This document shows, in pieces, positions 37,801 through 49,408 of a stretch of DNA of 64,000 nucleotides. The notes under the pieces are model-generated. The model ran no database searches and was not told the DNA's origin. It saw only the letters and a program-made list of their open reading frames with translations. The DNA comes from Lytechinus pictus (taxonomy: Eukaryota). The stretch covers positions 19,468,001 through 19,532,000 of the forward strand of contig NW_026974140.1 of the NCBI RefSeq assembly GCF_037042905.1. Direction: 5' to 3'. The translations under genes were made by a program, and so were the position numbers. Within the stretch, counting starts at the first letter, position 1, and every line of letters starts with the position of its first letter.

Positions 37801-39802
37801 TCATGACAAAGGCTTCATTTATTACTTGTTACATTCTAAAGCAGTATTATACATTTACTTGATTTGAACACTGATCTAAAATGAAGCAGATATTAAAAAA
37901 AAACAATTGAAAAGAAATATCGTTGGCTTACAGTTTAGGATGAAAGTATAATCGATACCGCGATTTGACCATAAACTGTTATACAGAATACTGTCAGAGG
38001 GCGTTAATCGTATTTTCATTATGTCGCGGACTTAATATATTCTTATTTCGCCGTCTGTAACCTGAATAAATATAAAGGAAACTTAGGATAAAAATCATTC
38101 AAATAATGAGGCAACACTCCGTTCCCATTGTGGCCTCAACGGACTGATCATATTCATAGTGAAGACCGAAATAAAGAAATCAATCATGTCATTTAAACGT
38201 GATGAATGCATTTAGCATTTTATTGATTTATAAGAATACGAACAAATATATACAAAACAAAACTTAATTCATACATCTTTGTAATCCATAATAATTGAAC
38301 ATTCAAATATTGTGCAATAAACATTATGATTCTTCGATTTAAAACATTTTGACATGTTACAATTAAACATAAATATCAGAGTGCAAATAGAAAAACATGT
38401 ACCTAATAAATCCAAAAGTTATTTATTTTTCATAATGAACGGAAAATTTATCCTTCTTGGCCAAATTTTGATCACTAACTATACTAATGCAACCATGCGT
38501 TCATGATGACAGTCTCCTGCGTTCACAAATTATTCTAATTATTGTATTAAAAAAATCCCATATACCAGTATTCTTTTTCAAATTGCAATTGAAATGTTTA
38601 TATTATGTATTTGTACTTTAATACTTTATCACTTTGTAACATGTTACTGAACGCAGAAATAAATCGAATCAACCAAACGATCGTGATCACATGTCAATTT
38701 CTACGTTGCATTCAATTGATTATCGATGTATCTAATGTGGGAATGATTATCCCCTCTCTCTAATTTGATTGCAAAAGAAGTATAAAAAATCATATTAAAA
38801 TGTAACAATAAGTCTGACTCATAAAACTAGACAAGTCATAGTAATAAAATCTCAAATATACACACTGTAAAATGTCAAGGAACCAGTACTAATATCGTAA
38901 TTGGTCCAATATTCAATCAGCTTTCATGGAGAGTTCAATATAATGCTTATCTTCCGAGTTGAAAACAAACGAACGTTGTCTTATACACATATGGAACAAA
39001 GTTATTGTTGAAATTTGATTGAAGAAAATATCCAGAAAAAGTTGAAGGAATTCTTTAAAAGTTATTTGTTATAATTCTCCTTACTTTCATTTTAAAGTTG
39101 TTACTCCAAGCCATTTGAAGTAAGTACACTGCGATTGAAAGTTTTCTTTTGTAATTTTTTAAAAAATCTGTAGTTGTATCGGCCTAGTGCGACAAGGCCA
39201 AACTAGCACGTAAGTTATTTTTCGAATACAATTTACATTTATGCCATATTTATCATAATATAACTTCTCTATGACTTGTTTCATTATAACCTGTAAATAT
39301 GTGAAATTCTTGGTAAAAGAAATAAATAAATGAAAATCAAATTCATCAACTCACTCTTTGTATCCTAGGTTGCGGTGATGAATGTGTTTTGCTATAGGAC
39401 CGTATTGGTGCCCCCATAAATGTAACTTTATCAGTTATTTCATGGTGGAAAACAATGCTTCCAATATTATATTATTTTCTTAATTCCACAACAAACTGAG
39501 AACAAAATATCAGCATATAAACAACTTTGATAAATACATTTGCCCCTTTACCTTTAATGATTGGGAAAATTCCAATCAAGTAATTATACTTTTGGAGACA
39601 TTTACAGGCTCATAGTCTGGGAATGCATGCATCTAAAACACATATATTTTGTTTGCAATATTTCTGCACCTTTCTTCATTGTACCGATGCGGAAAGAAAA
39701 CTATCTCTCAATTGCTCCCTCTATTGGTTAAAAAGGACAGGTGTGCAAACTGATGTGACTGCAAAACACAACCAATAAACCTTATTATCCCTAGCACAAA
39801 TA

Positions 39803-39976
39803 CAGGGGCTGCCGAAGCGGGGGGGGGGGGGGGGGTGGGCTTCATCCCCCACTTTTTTCCAAAACCGTGTACAAAAAACGTAAAAATTACCATGATTGTG
39901 ATTTTTTGTATGATTAGCCCCCCCCCCCCCACTTTCGGCTCAGCCCCCCACTTTGAAAACCGTTCCGCGGCCCCTG
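39803..39976. mobile_element. 174-bp MITE with CAGGGGC termini
   Basis: caggggctgccgaa / ttccgcggcccctg; AAATA on both flanks. Confidence 0.7.
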
Positions 39977-40722
39977 AAATAGACTGGAATTCGTTCCTGG
40001 TATCACGGAGAGAAACTTGACAAAATATCACATAGTATTTTGTAAACAAGGGATATATTAGAGCACCATTTATGACAAATACAACGTTCCATTAATATTG
40101 ATTAAAAATGCATGATGCTTTTAGCATCGATCGATCGATGACATGTCATTGGAAATAATATCATCAATTTTGTCGGTCTGAAATCGATTTCGTTGGTGGG
40201 ATTGTGGTATCATTTACCCTTATCTGATTTCCAAAATTCCGAAATTTAATTTCCAGAAGCTCAATTCAAGCATTAAAAAAATAATGCAATCAATATCAAT
40301 AATAAAAGCAATTTAAATATATCAAGGCCTACTTATGGCTTGAAAGTAATATTTCATCAAAAAAATCCTGTGTGGTGACAATGACAGGCTAATTTTCCAA
40401 AGTGTCATGTTGGATTAATATTTACATTCTATTTCTTTTTTTTCATGTTGTACATATAATCCATGACCGTTGATCATCTATTTACATTCAATAAGACCAA
40501 GAGCAAATAGCATTTAAGAAAAATCTTTGTCTGAATGTGTTTATGTATGATCGTATTTTACACACTTGTATTTTTCAGATACAAGGAGTTGATATTCTCC
40601 ATCCGACAAGACCACATTTTCATGGGTATATTATATACCCCCGCTCATCGAATCTTGGTTTATTTGCAAAAAATGCCTTTACTTTCTCCACTCCCTGGGG
40701 AGCATTCCAAGAACTTTCATAA

Positions 40723-41225
40723 TCATACAGCATCCATAGCTTGATCTAAATCTACATCATCGAGGTATGACACCATATTAACACCAAGATTCTGTAACAT
40801 CATCCTTTCCATCTCAATTCCATACTGTCTACCTTGTTCGCTATGGATCAAAGCAGCTAAGCTAGTTGATCCTGGGGATACATCACCATCATCATCTTCT
40901 AATGAATCCATTCTTCTCTTATGATAATAACCACAAGGCATATGTATCATCATCTCCCTTGAGGAGCGTAAAGGGGGTGGTGGCTGCTGGTGGTGGTGGT
41001 GGTATGCGGTGGGATGAGGGTGCATCTCCATAATGTGTTGGTATCCCCTACACTCCCGGCTTGTACCGGGTGTGTTAGGATCCATGGGCGAAGCAGGGCG
41101 GTTGATATCTCGAAGGGCAAGACGCATTGAGCTAGCATCTAGTTTAGGTGGTCGATCGTCTAGCTGTTCAAGTTCAGCTGTCTCCATCTCAATAGCTTGG
41201 TTTACCCTTCCTTCTGAGCTGCTTT
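40723..41225 (-). CDS. MFSD6-like coding exon 4 (cytosolic tail)
   Basis: tag|AA AGC in phase 1; ESSSEGRVNQ...DLDQAMDAV then TGA; same frame as track ORF 40723..41256. Confidence 0.85.
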
Positions 41226-41771
41226 CTATAATAACAAAGATGGCAATGCATATCATAATTTAAGTACTTCGATTGTGAATATTTGTGCCAAAGATTGGAA
41301 AACTTCTCATCCCAGTTCCCAGTTCTGAAAAAACCATCAAGCTATTGTTCTTTTAATATACTTGTGGGTGTCATCAAGTTTTTTTTTAAATTAATATTTG
41401 TATTTTGCTTTTGGTACACTATTCAAGCTAGCATAGAGAGAGAGAGAGAGAGCTTAAACAATTAAAGATAAATCAAACTGTCTTTTGATGTAATCATACA
41501 ATTTAGGAGGACTCAAGACTATGATGAACCGTGTTTTAATTGTTTTTTTAATTTGATTTCGGTGGGACCGTTTGGTAAGTACAATAAAGGTTGATGTCAT
41601 TATGCTTTGGTTTGAGTGATTTAAAGTTGGATTGATGCCCGTGTTTTAATTGAAGAAACTTTCTGATATATATATATATATATATTTTTTTTTTTTTACA
41701 GAGAAATTTATGAAAATCTCTTTCACAAGAGCATTTGGAGAAAAAATTTAGAAGCTAGAATGCAAACCAAC

Positions 41772-41975
41772 CTCTCTGGCTGTCGGTCCTGCTACTCCTT
41801 TCATCTGTTCTGAATCTACTGTAGAGTATAGGTGGGTACCTCTTAGTGAAGACATGGTATAAACCTAGATACAGTAATCCAGACAGACCAACTACGAAAG
41901 CTGAGGCACGGAATAAATTACGACTTCCAAACCGATCATAAACCAGTCCTCCTAATAATGTTCCTAGACCCTTTC
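41772..41975 (-). CDS. MFSD6-like coding exon 3 (not in the ORF track)
   Basis: cag|GA AAG...G|gttggt, 204 nt. GKGLGTLLGGLVYDRFGSRNLFRASAFVVGLSGLLYLGLYHVF (last TM helices). Confidence 0.92.
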
Positions 41976-44082
41976 CTGCAGGAAATAAGATTTAATAAGG
42001 AAAGAAAAGAGAGGAGATTTAAAATAGAAAAAGAAAGTTCACCCTCAAGAATATTGGGGCCTACATCATTTTACGGGCTTGTATATCAAACAAGAAAACA
42101 AATCTTAAAAAATAAGATTAGCAATTATGAAACGTAAAAAAAAATAAAAAAATATGTAAATATAATTTTGATTGGATTCCTAATGAGATAAAGATAAAGA
42201 ATCACGTTCCCTTCTATTATAAAACAACAACAACAACAACTAAAATACATCAACAATAAGCCCTTTAAGAACCACATTTTCCCATCTGTCGTGTTTAATC
42301 ATAAAAGAATATATATTCTGTTTTAGAAAGAGCCTCTCAAAATTATTTTCATACCCTAAAATTATATCTGAATACTATAGCCTTTTATAGGCCTAAGGCA
42401 TCTTTCACAATCTAAGTTAACAGACACACACAGAGGGTGACCTATGCTTTAATTCATTGGAGCATTCAACATGATGTATCGCGTTATCTTTTCAGTTCCC
42501 TTGTGATTTATATATAATACATTGATATCAAGTGATAGGTGTAAACGAGAATATATATTTATCAAGTCAGTGTATAAGAGTCCAGTGCAATCCCATCAAG
42601 TAAGGATTTTCATCCTATAGTCATAACTATAGCCTGATTGTTATACACTATCTTTATCCCGTATTAAAAAAATCTATAGTCCATATTCGTGAAATATATT
42701 TCTTAAAAAAATATTATTGTCTACATTTGTCATATTTTTTTTACAGTCAGCTAATTGATTACATGTTTTGAGTGGAAAACCAATAGGTCTACCATTTAAC
42801 ACTAGTAATTCCTATTTTCGCTGTTCATACAAATCCTTAATTTCTGAATGGTTCGATAATTCAATAACCTCGCCCCCCTCATATAATACAATTCGATTTG
42901 ACATGTAGAATGATCGTTATCTGAAGTAGATTGTAAAGTACTATTTTACATCGCTATTAACTTAGTACATATTCAAAATCTGTGTAATATAATACATTGG
43001 TTTATCAATGTAATTTGCTTCTGCTATATTTGTAATTATTTATCAATAAAGTTAATGAATATACTGAATTTCATAAATGTGTTATCATCAGCAGTATATA
43101 GTAATATATACTTCACCTTTACATGGCTATGTAGCTTTTATTTACTTTCCGTCTGAAAATAATAGAGATCACTGCGCAAGTCATTGTGCCATATAATGCT
43201 GACCTGAAGTGAGATTCTATCAAAAGTTTAATGATAATATCTTGTTTTACAGTACACTGAAAGCAATTCCTATTTGTATATTTTCACTATATATTCATAT
43301 TTCTTATAATTTAGCCCCCATTATACTGTTACAATCATGGCAGTGTCCCCCCTTTTTTATTTATGTCTTTTATTAATTCAAATGCAATCACATGCACTAT
43401 CACAAATAATCAAGGCAAATTGTGCTTGATTCCCTTTTTATTTTTTCAATTTCATTACGTACATTTTAGCATAGATTGAATGTGTAACTCGTTAGTGGGA
43501 ATTAATGGTCAAATCTAATTTATATTACATTGCTTACAAACTGCATTCATTTTGAGATTTCACTGCATGATGATAGGGAATTTGGTAAGGAAAAATTTGG
43601 CAAGCAAAAAAAAAGTTATTGCTCCCAAATCTCCGTCATTTGGGAGCAATAAAATCTTTCTTGTCAACCTGATTTCAAGGAGGTACTGCCTATGGTAAAT
43701 AACACACGCAGCATCCCCTGAAAAATCATGGGGGGGGGGGGTACCCCCACCACCCTTGCCTCCCAGGGCAATGCACTAGAATAAATATATTATTCCCATA
43801 ACTATGTTGAGAACTAAATATTATTCTATTGCCAGTTTGTCACTTTTCCTCATTTTTGTCTTTATTTTGAACCACCAGCAGTCTGACAATAATATTTTCA
43901 TATATTATCACATAACACCATTTTTTATTTAGAAACAGATAGAATATTTTGGCCTAATATTGACGCATTATGTACCGATTACAATATAACTACTTGAAGT
44001 ATATATTCCAAGATATGCAGTATAAAGGATTTAAAAATACATTTTTAAATCTAAAAATAATTAGCACTATTGTGAAACATAC

Positions 44083-45696
44083 CAAATCCCATATGAACGC
44101 TGGTGAAGACTGCTTGCAGTGTTAAGGCCAGACCTGGTGGTGCGTTCTGATTGGCATAGGATGTACAAGCGGCCCAAGATAACCCATAGGTGATTCCATG
44201 TAAAAGCTCAAAAGGTATGACTGCCCAGGGATTGCTGATTAGGGAGTATCCTAAGAAACGTACAGTATAGCAGAATAATGAGAAGCAGAGAGCTCCTATA
44301 TGACCAGTGAAGCGTATAACACGGTTAGATAAAAACAAGAAGGGTATCTCTGCAATACAGGTGATAGTAAGTGTCAATCCCATCAGGGTATGAGATGCTT
44401 CAAGTTCTTGAAGATACAGGAAGAGGAATGTTCCAATGACTCCAAAACCCATCCCTAGGATACAGACTGTCACCAGGAATCCTAGGATCTCGGGTTTGCG
44501 GATGAGTCTTGGTATCCTTTGGCACTGTGCTTTGATTGAAGTCTGTAAAGGGAAGACGATAAAAGTTGCAAATACCACCGCGGCCAGCATGAAGGCGAGG
44601 AATAGATAGAATGCAGGATCAAAATGTGCTAGGCTCTTGGATGAATTCCTTGCGTAGTGGTCAATGAGAATACCAGAGATAAGAGAAAAGGCGCCCCATC
44701 CGAAAGCACCCCAGATACGCTGCTTACCAAAGTCATCATGTTTTTGTTGCAGTAATTCCATTGTCGTTGAGTGAAGTATTGGGGAGGTGGTGCATTGGAA
44801 CGTCCTGCTAAACAATATCAAAATGAGCAAGAGAAAAAACGTGGAGAGGAAAGTTGAATCACCATGATCTCTTTCACTTCCTTCAGGTTCGTACTCATGG
44901 CAGTGACATGAGAATGAATGCTGTGTTGCATCACTAATATTCAGGTAAGAGACAAGCGAAATATTAAAAGACGTTGAATTCGTCAAAGGATTTCCGTTAC
45001 TTCTTGAACACCATACATCAGCTTCGTTGTACCTTATATCATCTGACTGTTTTTGGTATATAACTGGTTCACATTGGTAACAAGATGAACCACTTTCCTG
45101 AGAAAAAGAATCATACGCTTCTCCACTATCATTACATCCACTAGTTCTGTTGACACTGACCATCTCTTGTTGAAGGAAACACAGAGTTTGTAAACAAGAT
45201 TCCTCTCTCATCGCTGACGTAGAGTTGTCTTCTACCGTGCCCCTATTTTTCTCACATGATAAACTGTCATTGAGTGCTCTACAAACACTGTAACAGATAC
45301 CGATCCTTGCACCACTGTCATCCTCTAATTGCACTGTCGGTGAAATCTCATTCAAGTACGGTGGAAATTCTGTTACATCCATTGGATGCAAAAGGTCTGA
45401 AGTCCTAAGACTGGGCACATCTTGATCGACAGGTAACTGTGTGGTGATGTTATGATATGCCCCTATTCTCATAGAAGATGGAACAAAAAAGGTCCCAAAC
45501 AGGAATACTGTGGCACCCCCTATGGCTGTAATGAGCACGGCTCTATGGGTGTTAAAGCTATCAGCAATGCTTCCCCATAAGTGTGTAAAGATGAGGGCTA
45601 GGAGTGGTTCCAGACCTCTGATTAAACCGATCTGTGTCGCTGAAAGACCAAGTTGACTCATGTATAAAGGCAAGTATGGTACCAAGCTAGCCAAAC
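44083..45696 (-). CDS. MFSD6-like coding exon 2 (1614 nt)
   Basis: ttgtcttctag|GT TTG...TTT G|gtatgt. PYLPLYMSQLGLS, WGSIADSF, FGKQRIWGAFGWG, FLFLYLQELEAS, AEIPFLF, ELLHGITYGLSW are MFSD6/MFS_1-like motifs; large Cys- and N-glycan-site-rich loop after TM3. Confidence 0.95.
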
Positions 45697-45758
45697 CTAG
45701 AAGACAACGGGGAAACAATAAATAGTAATACCATTTATCCATTACATTAACATGGTGA

Positions 45759-45816
<58 letters not shown>

Positions 45817-45969
45817 GTGTGACATTATACATGTACAACAGCTTTGGCAACTCTTTTATTTTAATATTTTGTTAAATAAATGGATGAAGAGAACAATGGT
45901 AGGCGTAGCTTAAATCAAGGTTCCCCAGAGCTATCTGCCTTTTTGGAAATATTGGTAATGCCGAAAAAA

Positions 45970-46041
45970 TGTCTCTGCCGGGAATCGAACCCGGGCCCCC
46001 AGCTTTGAACGCCGGTGCCTTAACCACTAGACCACAGAGAC
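45970..46041 (-). tRNA. Inverted identical tRNA-like (TCA) copy
   Basis: Reverse complement of 46345-46416. Confidence 0.6.
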
Positions 46042-46344
46042 GGGTTAGTGGCTAGGGCGACCCCGATCCGATTGACCATCAGATAGACAGATCTTCGACA
46101 CTATACCAATTATAATTTCCTTTGTCGGGTGTAGGTGGGTTTTGAACAATGACAAGCCGCCATGCCTCAGCTGGATCAAAGCTACATTGCTTTGATACAG
46201 TACACGTATAGGGGAAAGTATACAAATGTGTGACATTATACATGTACAACAGCTTTGGCAACTCTTTTATTTTAATATTTTAAAATATCGAAGATCTGTC
46301 TATCTGATGGTCAATCGGATCGGGGTCGCCCTAGCCACTAACCC

Positions 46345-46416
46345 GTCTCTGTGGTCTAGTGGTTAAGGCACCGGCGTTCAAAGCTGGGGGCCCGGGTTCG
46401 ATTCCCGGCAGAGACA
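46345..46416 (+). tRNA. tRNA-like gene with TCA anticodon (opal-suppressor-like or pseudo-tRNA) inside a repeat unit
   Basis: Acceptor GTCTCTG/CAGAGAC, D arm GTCT-AGTGGTTA-AGGC, anticodon arm CCGGC-GTTCAAA-GCTGG, variable GGGC, T arm CCGGG-TTCGATT-CCCGG, discriminator A, then T6. A and B boxes intact. Function unproven. Confidence 0.6.
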
Positions 46417-46755
46417 TTTTTTCGGCATTACCAATATTTCCAAAAAGGCAGATAGCTCTGGGGAACCTTGATTTAAGCTACGCCTACCATTGTTCTCTTC
46501 ATCCATTTATTTAACAAAATATTAAAATAAAAGAGTTGCCAAAGCTGTTGTACATGTATAATGTCACACATTTGTATACTTTCCCCTATACGTGTACTGT
46601 ATCAAAGCAATGTAGCTTTGATCCAGCTGAGGCATGGCGGCTTGTCATTGTTCAAAACCCACCTACACCCGACAAAGGAAATTATAATTGGTATAGTGTC
46701 GAAGATCTGTCTATCTGATGGTCAATCGGATCGGGGTCGCCCTAGCCACTAACCC

Positions 46756-46827
46756 GTCTCTGTGGTCTAGTGGTTAAGGCACCGGCGTTCAAAGCTGGGG
46801 GCCCGGGTTCGATTCCCGGCAGAGACA
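46756..46827 (+). tRNA. Second identical tRNA-like (TCA) copy, 411 bp downstream
   Basis: Same sequence as 46345-46416, followed by T6. Confidence 0.6.
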
Positions 46828-46949
46828 TTTTTTCGGCATTACCAATATTTCCAAAAAGGCAGATAGCTCTGGGGAACCTTGATTTAAGCTACGCCTACCA
46901 TTGTTCTCTTCATCCATTTATTTCACAATATATATATTTATATATATAT

Positions 46950-47649
46950 AAACTCCTAACAAAAGTTTGGAAATCTGAGTTTGGCCATTAATTTTTCCAA
47001 ACTCCCAACTTTACACAATACATGTATGATATCATTAAAAAGATCATTTAATTGTCTTTAAAATGATATCCTACATAATATGATTATGGTTCACATGGAG
47101 GTGCAGTGCCTTGAAATGTGGGGCAAGTTCAAAATTCAAAAGTTGCAAAATGTCACAATATTGAAAGTCACTGTTCGTTTTTTTATGTGGTGATGAGTGA
47201 GTTTCTCAGCGGTTTCTTTTGTTGTCATGCACCTTAACATCAACATTAACATGGAATCAAACACACCTCTGCACAAGCAAACACATAACAAACAAACAAA
47301 CATGCATGGGTATTTCAAACCACGACTCAAACCATCTCTCAGATCTCCATGTTAATGTTGATGTTAAGGTGTATGAAAAAAAAAAGAAACCACTAAACTC
47401 ACTCATCACCACGGAAAAAAAGAACCGTGACTTTCAATAATATGTTATTTTGCAACTTTTGAAGTTTGACATTGCCCCACATTTCAAGGCACTGCACCTC
47501 CATGTGAACCATAATTATATCATGTAGGGTATCATTTTAAAGAGAATTAAATGATATTTTCATTGGTATCAATCACACATTAATTTTCACTAAAACTGAG
47601 GAGGGATCATCGATCAGAGTCAGATTTCCAAACTTTTTTTGAAGGGTTT
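46950..47649. mobile_element. Near-palindromic MITE (Tc1/mariner-like) in a TA tract
   Basis: aaaagtttggaaatctga / tcagatttccaaactttt ends; long inner inverted arms (ggttcacatggaggtgcagtgccttgaaatgtggggcaa and its reverse complement). Confidence 0.8.
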
Positions 47650-48597
47650 ATATATATATAAAACATAACTAGAAAAAAAATGTCTTAATGGAACTTCAAA
47701 TGCTTAATATGAAATCAAAGTAAGTACTTAATTGTCTTAATTGTCTTCATTGTCCTCGCATAGTCATATAGGCATACACGATATAACCTTGTTTCCTAAA
47801 TATGCCAACTTTTACTGTATGAAGGCATCATTTTAAAACTTGGTAAAAATATAATAGGATGACGGGGAAATGAGAAAAATGGTTTATAAATTTATGGTGC
47901 CCTATGATATTCTGAGAAGAATGAATCCAAATTAGGAGCATTCTGTAAGCTATTTTGATGTACAAGCATGTAGGATGTACGGATTGAGACCCCACAAGTC
48001 GGAAAATGACAAGGGTGCCCAGGACTGGCAGAGAATCATATATACACCCAACGGATTCTAATCAGAAAAATGAAGTCAATGCGATCAATAATGTCATCTG
48101 CTTTGGTTGGCTTATGAATAATCAAGTTGTCTAGATGATACATTGCCTCTCATTCAAAATTTATGTACAGATCATAAATGTGAGGTTTACCGTAGTCTTC
48201 AACATGTAAAGAATTGTTAAATGCTGAAGCAATCAAGGATCGCTTTTCCAGATATTCTTGCAGTAAAGACAAGGTGTGAATCACATTGTTGTATATTATA
48301 GCAACATGGTGAGAACACTTTGTTGGCAGAAAGATTACTCAAAGCAGATTTCGCCAAAAGTGTAATTGCATTCAGAGATGCAGCAACTTAAAAAAAAATT
48401 CATTTTGTTCCTATAATCCTGTTAAAGGAAATATAACTTTAATTCCTTAGCGTTTTTAGATTATGCTTTGCAATCCCGCGTGGTAGAATAAGATATGATA
48501 ATCCAATTTAGAAATATATTGCTATCTTATTATTCATAAATTATATATATATAATTCATGAATAATAAGAAACCAATATATGTACACACACACACAT

Positions 48598-48649
<52 letters not shown>

Positions 48650-48885
48650 CATTTCTTTCACAAAATATTTAAATAACAGAGTTGCCAAAGCTGTTGATCA
48701 TGTATCATTTCACACACACACACACACACACCCACTCACACACACACACACATATATATATCTATTTATACATATATAACGATATTACTTTCCGCGTGTT
48801 GGACACAGATGAGATAAAAGAGACAAAGAGGTCATGCATTGTAGTTCCAACAAAGTTTAAATAAACTTTGTTGGAACAACTTCTT

Positions 48886-49030
48886 NNNNNNNNNNNNNNN
48901 NNNNNNNNNNNNNNNNNNNNNNNNNNNNNNNNNNNNNNNNNNNNNNNNNNNNNNNNNNNNNNNNNNNNNNNNNNNNNNNNNNNNNNNNNNNNNNNNNNNN
49001 NNNNNNNNNNNNNNNNNNNNNNNNNNNNNN
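48886..49030. other. Assembly gap (N run)
   Basis: Direct reading. Confidence 1.
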
Positions 49031-49368
49031 AGAGAACAATGGTAGGCGTAGCTTAAATCAAGGTTCCCCAGAGCTATCTACCCTTTTTTGGAAAAATTGG
49101 TGATGCCGAAAAAATGCCTCTGCCGGGAATCGAACCCGGGCCCCCAGCTTTGAACGCCGGTGCCTTAAACACTAGACCACAGAGACGGGTTAGTGGCTAG
49201 GGCGACCCCGATCCGATTGACCGTCAGATAGACAGATTTTCGACACCATACCAATTGTAATTTCCTTTGTCGGGTGAAGGTGGGTTTTGAACAATGACAA
49301 GCCGCCATGCCTCAGCTGGATCAAAGCTATTGCTTTGATACAGTACACGTATGGGAGAAAGTATACAC
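49031..49368 (-). mobile_element. Further copy of the 411-bp tRNA-containing repeat, cut by an N gap
   Basis: Colinear with about 45888-46224, scattered substitutions; followed by (TA)n. Confidence 0.85.
49115..49186 (-). tRNA. Diverged tRNA-like (TCA) copy
   Basis: Same fold and anticodon; one acceptor-stem change giving a T-G wobble and one D-loop G>T change. Confidence 0.45.
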
Positions 49369-49370
49369 AC

Positions 49371-49408
<38 letters not shown>

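Larger units (their letters stand above)
45813..46927. mobile_element. Tandem plus inverted insertion of a 411-bp tRNA-containing repeat within a (TA)n tract
   Basis: About 1.1 units on - (45813-46281) abut about 1.6 units on + (46288-46927); period 411 (tcgaagatctg at 46288 and 46699); TA repeats on both flanks. Confidence 0.85.

Noticed and set aside
40680-40712. Possible SINE remnant beside the MFSD6-like stop (similar hints near 9020-9120 and 57780-57815)
   Set aside because: Only short motif resemblance from memory; not supportable without a library search.
45697-45850. N-terminal part of the 599-aa track ORF (MPKLLYMY...IYIYIY...MDKWYYY)
   Set aside because: It runs through a (TA)n tract and the repeat end; a good acceptor at 45697 and a phase-matched upstream exon at 58368-58431 give the proper TM1.
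46345-46416. Selenocysteine tRNA gene
   Set aside because: TCA anticodon, but a standard 7/5 fold and 4-nt variable loop; tRNA-Sec needs a long variable arm and an extended acceptor stem.
46045-46991. Short repeated ORFs (60-73 aa) in the tRNA-bearing repeat
   Set aside because: They recur only because the DNA is duplicated; no recognisable domain, and the diverged copy alters their starts.
48844-48877. Perfect 16-bp-arm hairpin
   Set aside because: It lies 8 nt from an N gap, so it may be a contig-end artefact.
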